The notes beneath the pieces are model-generated. The model worked only from the letters and a program-made list of their open reading frames with translations, searched no databases and was not told where the DNA came from. A stretch of DNA of 64,000 nucleotides from Raillietiella orientalis (taxonomy: Eukaryota), in NCBI GenBank assembly GCA_036172245.1, contig JAYWIR010000015.1:3410001-3474000 (forward strand), given 5' to 3'. This document shows positions 1-14,449 of the stretch, piece by piece; positions within the stretch are counted from its first letter, which is position 1, and every line of letters begins with the position of its first letter. A program made the translations under genes and the position numbers.

Positions 1-1030
1 CTTGCTGAGTGATGTTTTCTCAACGTTGCCACGAGAACCGGAGGTCACGCGGGTACACCCTATTTGTTTGTTTAGCCCATTCATCCTGGATTTCCCCAAA
101 TATGCGAGCATGTTCCGTGTGGCCCGACAAGAGCTGGTGGCACATCATAGAAACATTAGAAGAGATGCATTCGAAGATCGAAATGATCCTCAAACAAGGA
201 GACCGCGGTGACTCGAGGAAGCTCGTAATAGCTGCATCCCTGACACTGGCTTCACCCAGATTCGATAGCGTGGGAATTTTCAAACGAAAGCGCATTTACG
301 GTCATTGGTAAAAAAAAAACAGGAAGGAGAAGGAACAGCGCATGCTGACAAGGGTGCTGAGACTCCAGGGTCTGAGATCCCGATGTAGAGTCCCAACGCA
401 TCAGACAGTAATCCATGATGAAGTATCTGCTGCATCTTTCCTCCTTTTTCGCATCGTGACATACCGGCTCTTTAAGCCTGACGGGTCAGGATCTCAAGGG
501 CATGTGGGAAGACAGGGCACTGCAATCCCTAAGAAAAGCAGCCTCCCAGCTGCGTCTGCACGCAAGGGAAGCTTCTCCAAGTAGGGAGCGAAGGCAGAGA
601 AGTTGCAGGGGTCCATGAAGGAAAATTCGAGCTCTCTGCTAGATGACACCGACAGGAGCAATCTGCAAAGTCATCCCATTCAGGGCATCCTGGATGAGCA
701 TCCAATCAGATCAAGGGCACAAGGAGGCTTTGTTAGAACGTCCGAGGAGGATTTCCTCTGCATCACTGGTGACGGCGTATGCAAGTGTTCCGGTCACAGA
801 TGAGGCACCTGCACAGCCGACGCATGAACGTGGAGGAAGCCAGTCTCAGGTGCTGGTGTTAGATCCTTCCATTCTATTTCCATGGTTGTAGTGGATGCAG
901 GTGGGAAAGAAGAGGGAAGACCTACAAGTTGTAATTGTAAGGATAGTATCGTACGGTTTTTAAGAGCAAATACGAAAAATGCAATCCGGCAGTGCCTGCG
1001 GTGTATCTGTGAACGATTTTGCAGGTCCAT
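1..1030 (+). mobile_element. Highly decayed DNA transposase, Mutator-like (GDGRxDSPGH family)
   Basis: LVIAASLTLA... and LCITGDGVCKCSGH resemble the L.L.GDGRCDSPGH motif; many stops and frameshifts. Confidence 0.3.
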
Positions 1031-1659
1031 GGATTTCTTATGAACCCTGAGGTTTCCCGTAACGTAATGACGTAATTTTTGCTAATGGTGGTACCCCTTT
1101 GTGATAATGCTACTGCTGTTATCGTAACGACGCTCCGAATCATGATTAGCATGTCACTATGACGCCACTGATTCTTACTTCCTTTTTTCCATCGGCATCA
1201 TCAAATGAGAAACGTCACCGCTAAAAATATTATCGCCGACGCTGCTTTAATTACTATTCAGGCTGTTTGCTCTATATATCATTTGTTGTTTCTGTGTCCA
1301 GTGACGTCTCTGTTGATGATTATTTACACTGTTGCTTCACCGTTCAGGAGACAATCATGATGACTCTCGCCGCTTCGTCGAAGAGATGTTATGGAATGAA
1401 CGGAGGCTTCTGTGGATGCGTTCTGTAAAGCATGGAGCTGCTACGTGTGAATGCATGCACTGCGCCTCGATCATTTCTTAGAAAGAAGCCGGGCTCTGGG
1501 AACAAGGAAGCACGAAACTAAGACTTCAGGCTGCTGGGGCGGAGGAACCCATCTGCAGACCAGCCCGCCCTCGCGAAGAAGTGCCCGGCAGCCGTTTTCC
1601 CCGTGGGGAACGAAAGGCCAGCTGCCAGGGCAAGCAAATCTTCATTAAGGTATTTCTCT

Positions 1660-3550
1660 TTCGTTAAAGGCATCATCTAGGATTCTGCAAGTGGAGATGT
1701 GAAGCAAGAGAGTTCGAAGAAAAATCGTGCTGTTGATCAGAATACAAAAAGGATCGAAATGGAAAGCGAGCTGCTGGACTCCTTGCAAATCCTAGTCTCC
1801 AAAGCAGAAAGATCCTGAGATTGGATGCGAAGGAAGCGCTTACTAGGTGGTCAAGTAGGGATGGTCGCAAGACAGACACCAAGCATAGGTCATGGGGGCT
1901 TGAAAAGAAAAGGCCAGATAGACTTTGCTTGACGAGCTCCGCGGTTGTGCAACCAATGGTCCAGATAAACCACCATTTGTGAACTCTTGTAGCCACTTTC
2001 TTAGAATAAAGCCATACTGAGAGCAGAGCTTTACAACATTTGAGTCGGACACAGAAGAGCTTCAGAGGAGGAGCAGTTGTAGGCACATTTCTTTCCTTCC
2101 TACTGGAGTGTACGCAAAATGAGTAAGGATTGCCGCGTCTGAGAACTCTGTCAGAAAATGCTCTATCAGTTCATCAAAGAGTAGAATGTGATTCATCAGT
2201 GTCATTACCAAGGAGTCGTTAAGATTATTATCGCGAGTTTGCGGATTTGCATTTTATCTCTTGATTTTTGTTTGCGAAACGATAAGAGTTGGCTGAGACG
2301 AACCGCGGGAAAGCAGCCATACGACGTGTTTTCCCAATGATGAAGCTTAATGATGCATATTGGATGGCGTGGAAATACCACCTAAAAAATCGGAAACAAG
2401 GATCATGCCGTTTTCTCCGAATGAGATCCTTTTGACGAATTTAAGAGAAGAGCCGATTCTCGTGAGGATCTCTAATTAGACTGCAACGATCTTCTTATGA
2501 GCATGCATGCACAAGGAGTCGGAAACAAAAGTAGCAAACTTCAGCAATATACCTGGCTCTACAGGCAGGAACCAATCAATCACTTGCAGAAGTTTTCGAA
2601 ATCATTTCCTCGTGTGATTGAATGAGACTGCACGTTTTCTTCTCTCCACTCTTTACCTCGGCATCCGCGACCTCTTAGGAGGAACTTGGTCTTCCGCCTT
2701 CATAATAGGTCGTCAAAAACCCCCGAGAACATCTGCGAGCTTACTCGTTGTCTCGCCACTGTCTCCATTCGGCTTCCTTCAAAGAGGCCATATTTAGCCA
2801 GATTACCAGCGCTGGAATAGGTGACAGCCGATCATTGGTTAACCTTGGATAGCACTTGCTGGTCAGTTATCCTTCCGTGTTTCAAGTAACATCAGAACAC
2901 TTTGCTCAGACTGCATGAGAGCCAATAGAAAGTCTCACGCTTAGAAGAAGTCTTCTTCTGCGGAGCACACTTCCATCGTCTGGCTTGTTATTTCTCTTTC
3001 CGTTCAAGTTTTCAGTCATTCGAACGTTTCTAAACAGTGAAGGATTAGTGGAAACTCCGTCGATGCCCACTGCATGAATCCATCCTGATGCCAGGAGGCA
3101 GATCATAAAAATTCATCTCTCGTAAATTAGAGGTGCTTTCCACGATTATACTTCCGTTCTCTCGGTCCTTTTATTCATCTCCTTCAATGAAGAAACAGCA
3201 ATCAAAAGAATGGCACAGTGAGTGAAGTCCAGAAAGCCTGCCATCCCGGTGAAGCCAAACGAAGCAGAAACAAACAGTGAACGGCTGTCGTCAGCACCAA
3301 CTCTTTGTGCGTGCCTCATCTCCAAAACTCTGAAAGTTGCTGTTAGAACATCAACAACCTTTTCCCTTCCGGAGCTAAAATCCTGATTTGCTTGCGTCAA
3401 CTGGACACTTCGCGCCCTTCATGACGACGTTTGCAAAGTTACGATAAGTGAGCCATCAAATACTCAGGCAATTTATTCTTCCTGAAATAACAACGTTGAA
3501 CACCTCTGCCCTTGATGCATTTCCTTTGATCCATCTCCAAAGAGATAGGA
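1660..3550 (-). mobile_element. Decayed non-LTR retrotransposon ORF2 (EN-RT)
   Basis: RT-like SQYGF...KVYLAF...CDHPYL and LWRLGF...FLYS; EN-like segments at 2900-3400. Confidence 0.55.
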
Positions 3551-4599
3551 GCGTCCTCAAGAGGAGTTTGCTTTTGTATCGCTGAACTGACTCGAACCAC
3601 GGTGGATTACGAAAGCCGTGACCCTACGTCTGATGCCCAGTTCTGCAGCTGTCTGTATCCTAACCTCCCTGTTTTTGCTGTTGTGCTTTACAGCTAAGCA
3701 GGCTCCAGCGGACAACAAAAAACAACAGTTGTATTAACAGCGACTCAAGAGACAGACAGATGAGTGACCCAATGCACGCGTGTTTTTTTTTTTTTCCTTT
3801 TTCTCGAAGAAAAAAACACGTCAGTTAATCTTTTGGCTTCTACTGCTTGAATTTACAAATGCCTCCATTGCTGATGCACATTTGTCTACCCACTGCAACC
3901 TGAAACGAGAGTCGTACCATCGAAGCATCCACTCGAATGCTTGCTTTGAGCGGCAAATCGCGAAGAGGAAGCTAGATCCTATCTTACTGCAATAATTCTA
4001 TTGAATTTTTTCTTTCTAAAAAAAAACCCAAAACGGAAGGCTCTCTGGTGCGTCAGGAACAAGCAGTGGTGCCTCGTGACATGCACACGAGCCCTTGGAA
4101 GAGAAAGAATCCCGCACCAGGACCGCGAACAGATCGGAGAAAAGTCGTTTTCCATCTGCCACAAGTCCAGCATCATAAATTCCAGTAAGCGACACTGACA
4201 GATAACAAACAGACCACAAAGGATCATGGGAATGGTGACGAAGCGATAAGCTCAAGGGAAAAAGACTGACTTCTTGGCAACGACAGAATCGTCTGGCATG
4301 CCGCACATCGTTTGGATAACACAAAGAAAAGTCAGACGAGAGGCGCTTCCTCGTGGTTCTTGAGAGCCCTTCCAAGAAAGGATACTGGCATATGCGGCTT
4401 CTGGCATCGATCAGCATAGGAGATTGACAACAGCAAAGGTAACTTTGGATCGCTAGGAACAGTGGAGAATTCGAAGAATCATTCACAACAGGAAAGACCT
4501 TCCATTGAAGATGTCATTTCATTTCCTCATTTTCCTTGACGTTTCGGATGTTTTCTGAACCCGTGAATTCTAACAGAACGTTGGCGACAGCAAATTTAT

Positions 4600-6520
4600 T
4601 TCACAGACCATTTAATAGATCGATCTGGCACAGCTTTCTTAAAACCGTGATCCTCATCGGTTCCTAAGAGCGCCACACAGACAAAACGAACCTTTCCATT
4701 GCATTTTGCAGCTGAATGGATGGATATGGCTGAAACATTATTGTCTTCCTTCCCTTTACATTTTTTCCTATCACCCAAAGAAGAACGAAGCAAACCAACA
4801 AAACTCTTATGCCTCAACAGCAAACTGTGCCACAAACTATGAAATCCGAATGATGGTCGCAACTGGAATGCTGAGTGATTGCTCAGCGGAGTATGGAGCT
4901 CCAGATGAAAGACAACCTCGTATACCAAGGAAATGAAATCCTAATGGCATCAGGAGCGAGATGGTTGAACAGGGCATCCTAAGGAGTGCAAAGACTCGCC
5001 TATTGAGTGCAAGCATCAAGAGGGTATTTTCTTCCTGAGAGGGAAGCTGTGCTTTCGGTTTGGTGACAGTGCAAGGTTAGGTAAAACATGCATCCTAATG
5101 TTTTAAGGATTTGAATCCAATCTGAAGAGTAGGTCACAGCCGTGAACTACAGGAACGAGATCTGAATGAAGTGATCTGGGAAAAGCAGCATGTCTATCTT
5201 CTCTTTCAATCATTTCATCAAGGTGTCTTAACAGATTGGTTCGGATGCATTTTTTCTATACCGTTGAACCTGAAGGTGATCGAGACGTTATATGGGGATA
5301 GGAAACCAAGGAATGATATCAAATGAATCCTTCAACTGCCTTCTTTAACAGCAAGGCCACATAACCATGCTCCCACCTAACTCGCGATGTGAGGGTTCTC
5401 AGATAGTTTCATTTGAGTTTCATTCATTGCATAGTAGAAAATGACTACCAACATCCGACAAAAAGGACCCCGTTGCTTCATCTTTCCTGTTTTTACTGAC
5501 GAGAGAGCTTCTGCATCTCCTCACAATACAAAAATCTCTTCAGCAATCTTCGAAGTAAAGCAACCTGATGATTAAAAGCGTTTCGTACCTCTTGAGCAAG
5601 AAGGATCAGAGAATGGTAGCTGCAACCTTCCTCTAAAGGATGTAACCAGAAGATTCGAATATTCTTTTTTCCTGGGTTCTGGGGATTTGCCCAGAGAGAT
5701 CGGAAGTCGTTGATTCCCTGGTCGTCTACAGACTGGACATTTCTTCTATGAAATTTGTATTCATGTTTTCGTCATTTACAGTTGACATTTGATGGAGGCA
5801 AAATTAGCTAATGGTGGATTATTCTTCGCCATTTATATCCACCGTTGCATCACTTTTTCCATGCCTCCATCCAGACTAGACCTTAGCCAGAGGCGGGTTG
5901 ATTCTCGCGGCTGTGGTCTAACCAATGAGTCAATAAGCACCTCATGAATTCTGGTTCTTAGAATACATCAACCTTCTTCTCAGTCACTCCACCTGGCTCC
6001 GAAGAATTTCAGTCTACTTCAACACCTCATATTCCTAGAGTCCTCAGAGCTATTCCTCGAGAAATGTGTCTATAGAGCTGAAGGAGAGCTGGAATTAAGC
6101 CTTGACACTCTCCAAAGTCCTCAGCTGCCGATGAAGACCTCAAAACTCAGTGGTTAGCAGATTAGTGTTTAGGACTACTTTTTCGATCCACAACTCCTTC
6201 CCGTTCATTCCTGCTAAGATCAAAGCCTGCCTTTGGCCAATGCAGTGGTCTTTGGAATGAGAACAGAGGATCAACCCGCTGCCTTGACAAGACGATGGAA
6301 CGCATGAGTGGATGTGCTGATCTTGCAGAAGCATCAGCTGTGCCGATGACTTCCTCGAAGCAGGGACAAATTGGGAAAAATTTTCCCCAGCGTTTATACA
6401 TCCTTTCAGGATGGAGCAGGTAGGAGTAGAAGCTCCCAACAAGAACTTTCTTGTCACAAGGGAACAACTTTACTCAGATCATCAAGGACCTCCAGGTGAA
6501 ACTCTATCTGCGCAAGTAGG
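4600..6520 (+). mobile_element. Decayed LINE ORF2 (RTE/CR1/L2-like)
   Basis: EN-like GK*NPNG; RT-like GICP, LEYINLL and a degenerate KAFD site near 6100; heavily disrupted. Confidence 0.45.
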
Positions 6521-6749
6521 CAAGAGTCACTGCAGTCGTTCTTGGAGTGACCAACTCGGCAAAAGCTAGCAGGGAAGAAGAGAGGTAACTAGGGCATATC
6601 TCTCGGAATACAACATTTTTTTCGGTTGCTTCCTTTGAAAAGTTTTCCCTTCAACTTACAAACTGTGAGAATTTGTTGCTGATGTCCGTAAGTCAAGTTG
6701 TTTAAAAGTCCTTTGCAAGTAAACCGACTATCCAGTTTAATGGAGAATA

Positions 6750-7100
6750 ACTTCCTCTTCTAAGTCGATCCCATTGAAGCAGAAATCCGTGTGGTGGCAT
6801 TGTCATCATCACCTAGGGCTCTCTCCCCATCCAATAATTGGGAGCTCGACAGCAGATACCTGCTTGCAGGGAACTAGTCTAAGCAGAAGGAAGACAACCG
6901 CGACCGGTCTTCGTCCATCTAGTCCAAGGAAAGAAGAATCTCTGCTGTGTTTGACAATTTTGAATCTGCTGTGGGGTTGTTCTCTTTGGAAGAGCAGAAA
7001 GTCATATTTTCTCCCTAGGTGGCCAAGTCGCTCCTCCAAAGATTAACTCTTCTCATCTTTTCCGACTCCTTCAGTCTGGCAACCATGGAGACAAAAGATG
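6750..7100 (-). mobile_element. L1/Tx1-like endonuclease fragment
   Basis: KYDFLLFQ (D..LQE) followed by GRRPVAVVF (GVAIL). Confidence 0.4.
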
Positions 7101-7189
7101 CAAACTTTTTCCGAAGTTAGCGGCACCCTAGTCAACACATAACACTGCTATCCTCATTCTCCTAAGGGAGAAATAAGAGCAGGTATAGT

Positions 7190-8970
7190 GTGCTGCCTCA
7201 CGAAGTCTCCCCACTGCAAGTAGGTTCTCTGAGTTTTCGAGACTTCAGAGAGAAGGCGAAGGCTCGACCCTTCTCTTTCAAAGTGCCGACCGGACAGACG
7301 TGCGATTCTTCCTCCGCAGTCTGGACTTCCCCAGTAGAGCCACGCTTACGGAGGATGCCCCATCATCCAAGGCTCTCGAAAGAAGAGAATCCACTGGGGA
7401 GCAATCGGGAATCTCCATTTCCAAACAGGAGAGGCTTTTCACTTATCCTAGAATCTCCCGAACTCAAGGGGGGGAGCACCTCCCTTCAGAAACGCACAGG
7501 GTACCCCCTAGGGGCTTTCCGATGCCGGAAGCGAGCAAGCTTCTTCCCGACCTTGCTGGTAGCTGCGGTCGCTTGGGGATGGCAGCACAGCCAGAGTCCG
7601 AGATGCTTGCAAAAGAGAGGAGGAACCAGGATGAGCTCAAGGAAGGTGAAGCGGAGGCCGATCACGAGTTTTCGGACGTGGGGACGAAACTTCACCTCCG
7701 AGAAGCAGGGAAAGAACAAGGAGGCGGGAATTCGTAGCCTCAGCTCCTGCAGGGTCACCACCTCCCCCGTCTTGCCGTCGTCTGCACGGTGAGCGAAGTA
7801 ACGAAGGAGTATCTGAAAACGAGGAGGTCCGGAAGGGCCTGGGGACGCTCCCCTCCAGAGCTTCAATGGAGTCCAAGGACTAGCGTGCAAACAAGAGCAC
7901 GCAGACTCTTCCGCTTCCGGGACCAGAGTCCCATCCCTGTTTCTGTTGGCCGAAGGGAAGTGCTGCGTATACTAGGCGTTTCTGTTGATGCTATTTCTTC
8001 AATAACCTCCTTAACTGCAGAGCAACTCGGAAATCATATGCTTCGAATCTCAGAGAAAGGTCCGGTCTCTGATCTGAACCTCAGGAGTATCTGGTTCCGA
8101 CCAGGGTGGGCGCATGCACGGAGTGCTAATCGAGACTGCTGGCCGAAAGAAGCCGCTTGCGGCCACTAGGGATGGGTCCATTCGTCTGCGTTGCTGACGA
8201 TGGAATGAATGTGACGGCCTCTGATCTTGGGTCCAGGGCAGGGACGAGAGATCAGGAGAAGGCAGGGACTTCCGGATAAGCCCTCTCCTTCCTGCCTTCG
8301 TGGTTTCTGGAAAGAGGGGACGCAGATGGCGGGGCGTTGCAGTGATCGAGTCTTCCACTCATGTGACCAGCTCATGTGACCACTCCTCGACCACTCTCGA
8401 GCCACCGGAGCTTTTCCAGTGGCTCGAGAGCCACTTCCTGCAACACGCGGATCCAAGGAAGAAACACATGCTGCCGACTGGAAAACGGACAAACGGCCTG
8501 GACATCCCGGGGAAAAAAATTCTTTCTCTTGCTATCTGCAGCTGAAGCGCCTGTCCGGGAGGGAGACGGAAGACACAGCACCATTTTCAGGCAAGCTGCA
8601 TTTCTCTCTCGATTTCCGAGGGCTGCCACTGCACGCTCTATGGTCTCCCCGGCAGCTGGGAAGAAGGGATCATCCAAGTGATATTTCGACACGGCCCCCT
8701 GCGCAATTTGAGCTCGCATTCCGGATTCCACCGACCTTCCCTCACTCATTTCAAGTATCCTGGACTCCCAGTTCTGTTGCTCTTGCCCAGGGCAACAGCG
8801 CACACTTTCGTCTGATCGTCTCGTGGGCGTTCACCACCGTGACGAAGCTTCCCAGGCAACGCCCCGGTTGCACAAGAGCCACCGGGTGTTGTAGTACCGA
8901 CTTCGTGGTGACAGGAGGCAACCACGGATGCGTCTTTTTTCTCCTTCTTCTTATTCTCTACTAGCAAAAA
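7190..8970 (+). mobile_element. Decayed L1/Tx1-like ORF2 with internal deletion
   Basis: RRPITSF (WRPI), VLRILGV, PGWAH, a degenerate CCHC near 8540-8600 and a T-rich tail region. Confidence 0.55.
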
Positions 8971-8999
8971 AGGAACTCGTTATCCCTTTGTAGAGGACC

Positions 9000-11900
9000 A
9001 TCACTTGAGCCCTCCATCTCTCGCACAGGCCCCGGGGAACTGCGGGCTGGAGGCACGCGGGAGGAAGATGCACACATCACTAGAGACCCAAGGAAACAGC
9101 AGCCGGCTGCAGTCTCTGCAGCGTATGGTGACTTTTGGAAACTTTAGCTTTTTCCTTCTCGGCGCCAGGAAGCAATTCCTATGGATCAAGCAAAGAAAGG
9201 GCGTAGCCTTTCGTCAGCAACCGAAGCTTTGCCTTCCCTACCACAGATGGCAGGGTTCCAGATTCCGGAGAAACGGATGTTGTGTAGAGAATCCGTTCGC
9301 AGCCGTCATGCTTGCCTCCTGCCCATCACTCACGCAGCCTCGGAGTGAATTTCCGAACGCAGGAGTGGATCTCATTCCGTGCACGGTACTCGGGGCCAGC
9401 ATCATGCCTCATCATGCAATCCACCCACGCATCTTGGATGCAGACCAGGAAATCGGAGAAGGTCAAGAACGCCGGTCTGCACGGGAAATGCACCGGTCAA
9501 CTTTCTTGCACGAGGAAGGCCATTTTTCTTCCGCTGCTCCGGGGAGACACCTCGCGGACGCGGCGGCATGGGGTCGGCGGGAGGGTACAGACCGTTGCCT
9601 CCGCCGCCGCCGCCGTCGCCTGGCGCTCCTGTGCCATGTGCACACAGACGGCGAGACGGGCAATGAAGCAGCCAAGATAGGCGCTTCGATTTTCCTCGCT
9701 TTATTTGTCGGAAGTCCCCGTGCGGTTGACAAATTCTTTCGGGAGATCTTCGTCGGGATGGCGCGTTCCTCAAACGGGAAAAGCACAAAAAGGAAGAACC
9801 AAAAAAAAAAGGAAGCAAAGCGAAAAAACGAGGGAGCGGAACCAGAAGGGAAAACGTCTGAGGCGAGCAGCGGCATCCGCTCCATCCCCGCTGCTGAACC
9901 TCCGTCCCTGCCGGCTGCCACTCTGCCACAGGAAGACCCTCAACCCACGAGGCGCAGTCAGCGGAACAGGTAAAAAGCGAGGAGGGCTCGAAAGCCGGGA
10001 AAGCACGCGCGTCGCATTCCCGAATTCCAGATGGTTCCAGTTCGCCATCTCGATGCGGAGATATCCATCTTATTTTTCATCTTCGAAATAAAAGGGGACG
10101 AGCATCCCTGCTCGTTTTCATTTTCTTCGGAAATTGCTTCACGCTCTTGTTTATGAATACCAAACGTGAAATATTATCGTGGTTCGCATTGAAGCCGTCG
10201 GATGGACGGACGATTTCATTCGGAGAAAGGAAAGGAAAGGCAGTAGAGGAAAAAAAAAAAAAAAAAAATCAAGGAAAAAAGGGAACGGAAAATAAATGTT
10301 GATAGAAAAGAATAACCTTAAATCTTTCCGGGGGTTGAGCGACGGTTGAAGCCAGCGTAAGTTATTATAGAAACTGTCACACTTACAGGATTTAGTGACT
10401 CCTATTTAGCTCTGGTGGATGTGTCGCTAGGGCTGATGGACATGCGGTCGTGAAGAATGACGTGCCCGCTAATACAACGGCTCCCGCGAAGCGCCATACA
10501 TCACCTTTATTGCCGATATTTTCTCCGCTTCCCTTTATTAAGCATTTGCATTGCTTGTCATCCCATATTTCATAGAATCATCGCCATCTAATTACGAAGG
10601 CTTCCTCGGCAGCGAAATTGCTGTTGCGAATTATCTGCCAGGCGAGACAGGATGCTGGATAGCAGGCAACCAATCCCTACCCGGGAATCGCGCTTTCATG
10701 TCTGAAAGAGTCCGGCGCTTCCCTCCCCTCCAAGAAGCGAAGCGAGCGCTGCTGACGCAGAAGCGGATCTTCCAGCCTTTCCACGGCATCAGGAGGCGAC
10801 ACATCTCAACGCAGCTTCCTAATTAAGATAGAGCATCCTTTATTGATCGGAAAGATGTGCACATCAGATCGGACAGCGTTTGTCAGCGGGGCTGAGAGCG
10901 AAAAGCCGCGGAAAGCCGGATGTCTCTCGGGCGCCCGCTACGGCGGTGCAGCTGCCGGGGTATCCTCGCCGTGATCCCTGCTTGTTCCCACGTAGGCTGA
11001 AGCCAGGCTCTCGGGGAAGGGGAGGGAGGGGAGGAGGAAGGTAGGCCGCTGGTCATCGTTCATGCCTGCCTCGGGGCCTGCAGACTGCTCCGCCTCGACC
11101 AGGGCTGCTCTCGTTTTCTGTAGACATCTTTCCGTGGACAGATCCCAGTTCTTCCTTGCAGACTCGGAAGCTCCCTTCTGGTCTTCCTGAAGAGGGCGGC
11201 ATCCGGGCAGCTGCTCTCCGAGCCAGGCAAGCTCCCCCTTCTTCAACTCTGAACACCTGTGGATCGGACACGTGAGACCACACCCGCCGGATCCGTCTTC
11301 CCTCGACGGGAAGTCGTGCACGCGCTCGTGCGAAAGACGCCCTGCTTTTATCGAAATTCGATGGCTCGGAAATCGCAGCTTCTCGGGAAGACGAGAAACG
11401 TTTCGCCTCCAGGGAAAGCGAAAGCACCTCTCTCCGAAGTGCTGCCGGGACGCGGGCGTGCTTTCGGCGAAAGGCGCAGAAGCGGTGTCCTCGTGGAGGG
11501 CGGCGCAGCGGATCCCCGCTCTACCACCTGGAACCACGACGAGGGATCGGGGCAGAGCAGGGACGGGAAGCGGCAACAGGAAACAGGAGGAGGAGAGCGA
11601 TAAAAGCAAGTCTGGCGTGAGGCGCGCCCCCGCTCCGCGTGTGCTCTGCTCGCCTGCTCGTCTGCGGATTTCTTGCCTCCGCAAAGCGCCATCACGAACC
11701 CACAGCTGGGAAAGCTGCCTTCCGAGGGAATCGTTATTGATCCGAAGAGATTCCTGCTTGTTTGTTTGCTTTTCTGACCATCGAGGGGTCATAATTTGTT
11801 TTGATGCATCCTCTCCAGCTTTCTGTACCTGGCGCTATCTCGGCCTTATTGCCAGGTTTCGTGTTTTTGAGCGACCATTTACGTAATTGTGAAAGCACAA

Positions 11901-12480
11901 GAAGGAAAATACAAGAAGGAGGAGGAGGAAAAGACGAGGCTTTTGCTGGCAATTAACAACCAGAAACCGATTATTAGATTGACAGCGAAATGCAATGAAT
12001 CACACACGATGGACCGCGGGAAAAGGACCGTCTTCCTTGTTGTAATGGCCATCCTTTTTCCCGTAGTGCTAAATTATGATTACTGGGAAAACCAATGAAT
12101 TTGAAAGGGAGCTGCAGCACCGGTCTCAGTGGCTCTCTGCGCGTTTTTATTGATCACAGCTTTCGTGCATCCCACACTTCAGATGAACTCCAAATTCGCC
12201 TGGCTCCTTCGGCTCGGTGAGGAAGGGACGCACCGGTATTTCGAGAGGGTCAGCGCGGACTTTGTCCGCCTCGGGATCGCGCGTCGCATGCGCTTGCGTT
12301 CTCCGCCATTTTGCTGATTTTCCACGCGCGAGTGCTCCATCACACGAGTGTGAACGCACGCCGCGCGGTTTAGGAACGCGGCGTGCCTTTCCTGGATAAC
12401 CGTAACGTGTGCTCATGCGTGTGCATTCACGGCACGAGCAAGTCTTCACTCGGGATACACAGGGAATCCATCCATTCATT
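9000..12480. promoter_or_regulatory. CpG/GC-rich promoter or first-exon-like region
   Basis: Dense CpG, a (CCG)n run near 9600, an A-tract at 10249-10268 and no TE motifs. A minus-strand GTGAGT donor at 9333-9328 suggests a leftward-transcribed first exon. Confidence 0.45.
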
Positions 12481-12499
12481 CCAAGGAGAGGAGGGTATC

Positions 12500-13400
12500 A
12501 GCAGCTGTAGGGATGAGTTGAACGAAGAATCTTGAAGTCACGTGCTGCAACTGCACTTGTCAGAGTCAGCGCCCGATGCTGAGACCTAGGTTTATCTTCC
12601 TCAGAACTACGGAAAATCCCCCGGAGATCGTCGAAACATCCTGGATGAAAACTTTCGTGGAGTACTCATGAGTCCGTCCTCCGAAGCACCCAAGGAACAG
12701 AGCTGTTCCGAGGGCTGACAGTTCCCGGAATTGGACAGAATGGAATGAAACCGACGTGAGAGGCGCCAAGCCTTCGCCCAGAGATCTTCGCAGGTTTCGT
12801 TTTGCGGCAGTTGTGTTCCATCTGTTTTCCTCCTCAGCTTCCGGCGATCACATGCTTCCGCCTCGTCGGAGCAGTTCCACGCGGAAACCACTCTAGACAC
12901 TTGAGCAAACGCCTTAAACTCCAAGGTCGTCGAAACGAACTGGACTGAACCACTCAAGCAAACGATTTTTTGCCACGCTCCTTATGGATTCTCCGTTCTC
13001 CTATATTCCCTTCGAGCCCGAATACTTCTGAAGTTTATTCCATTTTCTGCATCATTCGTCCATCCGAGGCAATGGACCAGGTTCCTCTTTCATCCATGGA
13101 TGAGAACCGGCTCTACTTTTCTGTTTCTTCCAGTTCTCGAGAGTTTTCCATTCCTTTTCCATCTCCATTTCCCCCGAATGTTCCGCCAGGTGGAAATTTT
13201 TCCAAAGATCTGATTCGAAGTTCGTTCTCCCTCTGTTCCTCGAGTCCGACCTCAATTCTCATGATTCTTCGACTGGGGAACAGTTCCGTGGGAGCCTCGG
13301 TTTAGAGAATTCTTCTCGGTTTGGCCATTTGTCTTCCCGGTTCCCGCATATGTGAATGACTTCAAAGAGCTCCCTTCACTTCATGCGACCTGGAACACTT
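12500..13400 (-). mobile_element. L1/Tx1-like ORF2 linker-RT fragment
   Basis: IRARREY...; LGASEDGL / HEYSTKVF (decayed SPG.DGL..EFY). Confidence 0.45.
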
Positions 13401-14449
13401 CCCTTCCTTCCCTAAGAGAAGAAAGGCACAATGATAAAGAGAAGTATAGATTCTAGATCTAGTTCTCTTTATCGGGAGTCTCTAGCATCGGCAGCAGAAC
13501 TTTTGGTCTCAAAATCCGCAAGTTTCTCCAAACTTTCCGCGTTGAGAAGGAAAAAGAATAGTGGGGAATAAGAATCCGGAAGACACAAGACGAACTCGTT
13601 TATCACACTTTTCCCTCACTGAAGAGGATGAACGCCACAAGTGAAAACCAGAGTCGCTTAGCCGCCATGCAGGATCGCACGATGCAAACGGGCTATCTGA
13701 GGTTCGTAGAAGTAGAAGCTCGAGGGGCTCTAAGTCGAGGAAAGCTGTTGACCTTCACCGTTCGCTCCGGGATTCACCGTCCAGAAAGAAAGCTGATTCC
13801 ATGTGGGTTGGAACTGAAAAACTTCTTGTAGCTCATTTTTGTGCTGCAGAAGAAGAAGTGATTTTCAGTACGGGGATTTGAAACGGCAGGAATCGGAAGG
13901 GTGATGAAAAAGGAACGAAAAGGAAGGGTGCAAGACCACAGGGAACACGAAAGAGTGGAAAGCGCACTGTTCCAAGATTTTGTTTTCACAGATACCATTC
14001 CTGGGGGATGAAATCTTAGATAGGCGGCCATTACCACGCCCTGGGTGCCTTCTAGAGTACAAGTCTCCCTCAGCGTTTGCAAGATGCCTGCAGGCCAGTT
14101 GGACCGATCGAGAAATCCAAAGTCCTTAAAGTATGGATGGGATAGAGCATCACAGAGTGATTTCCGATGCTCAAAAATCTGAGCAGCTCGGAAAGTTAAG
14201 GAACACAGTAATGAGAGCTTGAAAAACAACAGACTGTTTTTTTTTTTTTCATGCAGATGGGAAAAGGAAATCACTGACGACACCCATATTTATTTAAAAT
14301 AACTCATTTTAACACGACAAATTCAATAAATTAATGCAAGGAAAAGAGTTCACCGATCGTGTAATTCCAAAGGAGAAAAAGCGAATAAAGTTGCCTTACC
14401 AACCATAGATGCTGTAGACATGCTAGAGCCTGAGGAACCACATGAACTG

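Noticed and set aside
3570..3640. B-box-like GGTTCGAGTC on the minus strand (tRNA/SINE)
   Set aside because: No convincing A-box or cloverleaf.
9005..9973. 322-aa plus-strand ORF
   Set aside because: No recognisable domain, low complexity, non-ATG start; long ORFs occur in several frames because the region is GC-rich.
10938..11792. 284-aa minus-strand ORF
   Set aside because: GC-rich stop-poor region with overlapping ORFs on both strands and no recognisable homology.
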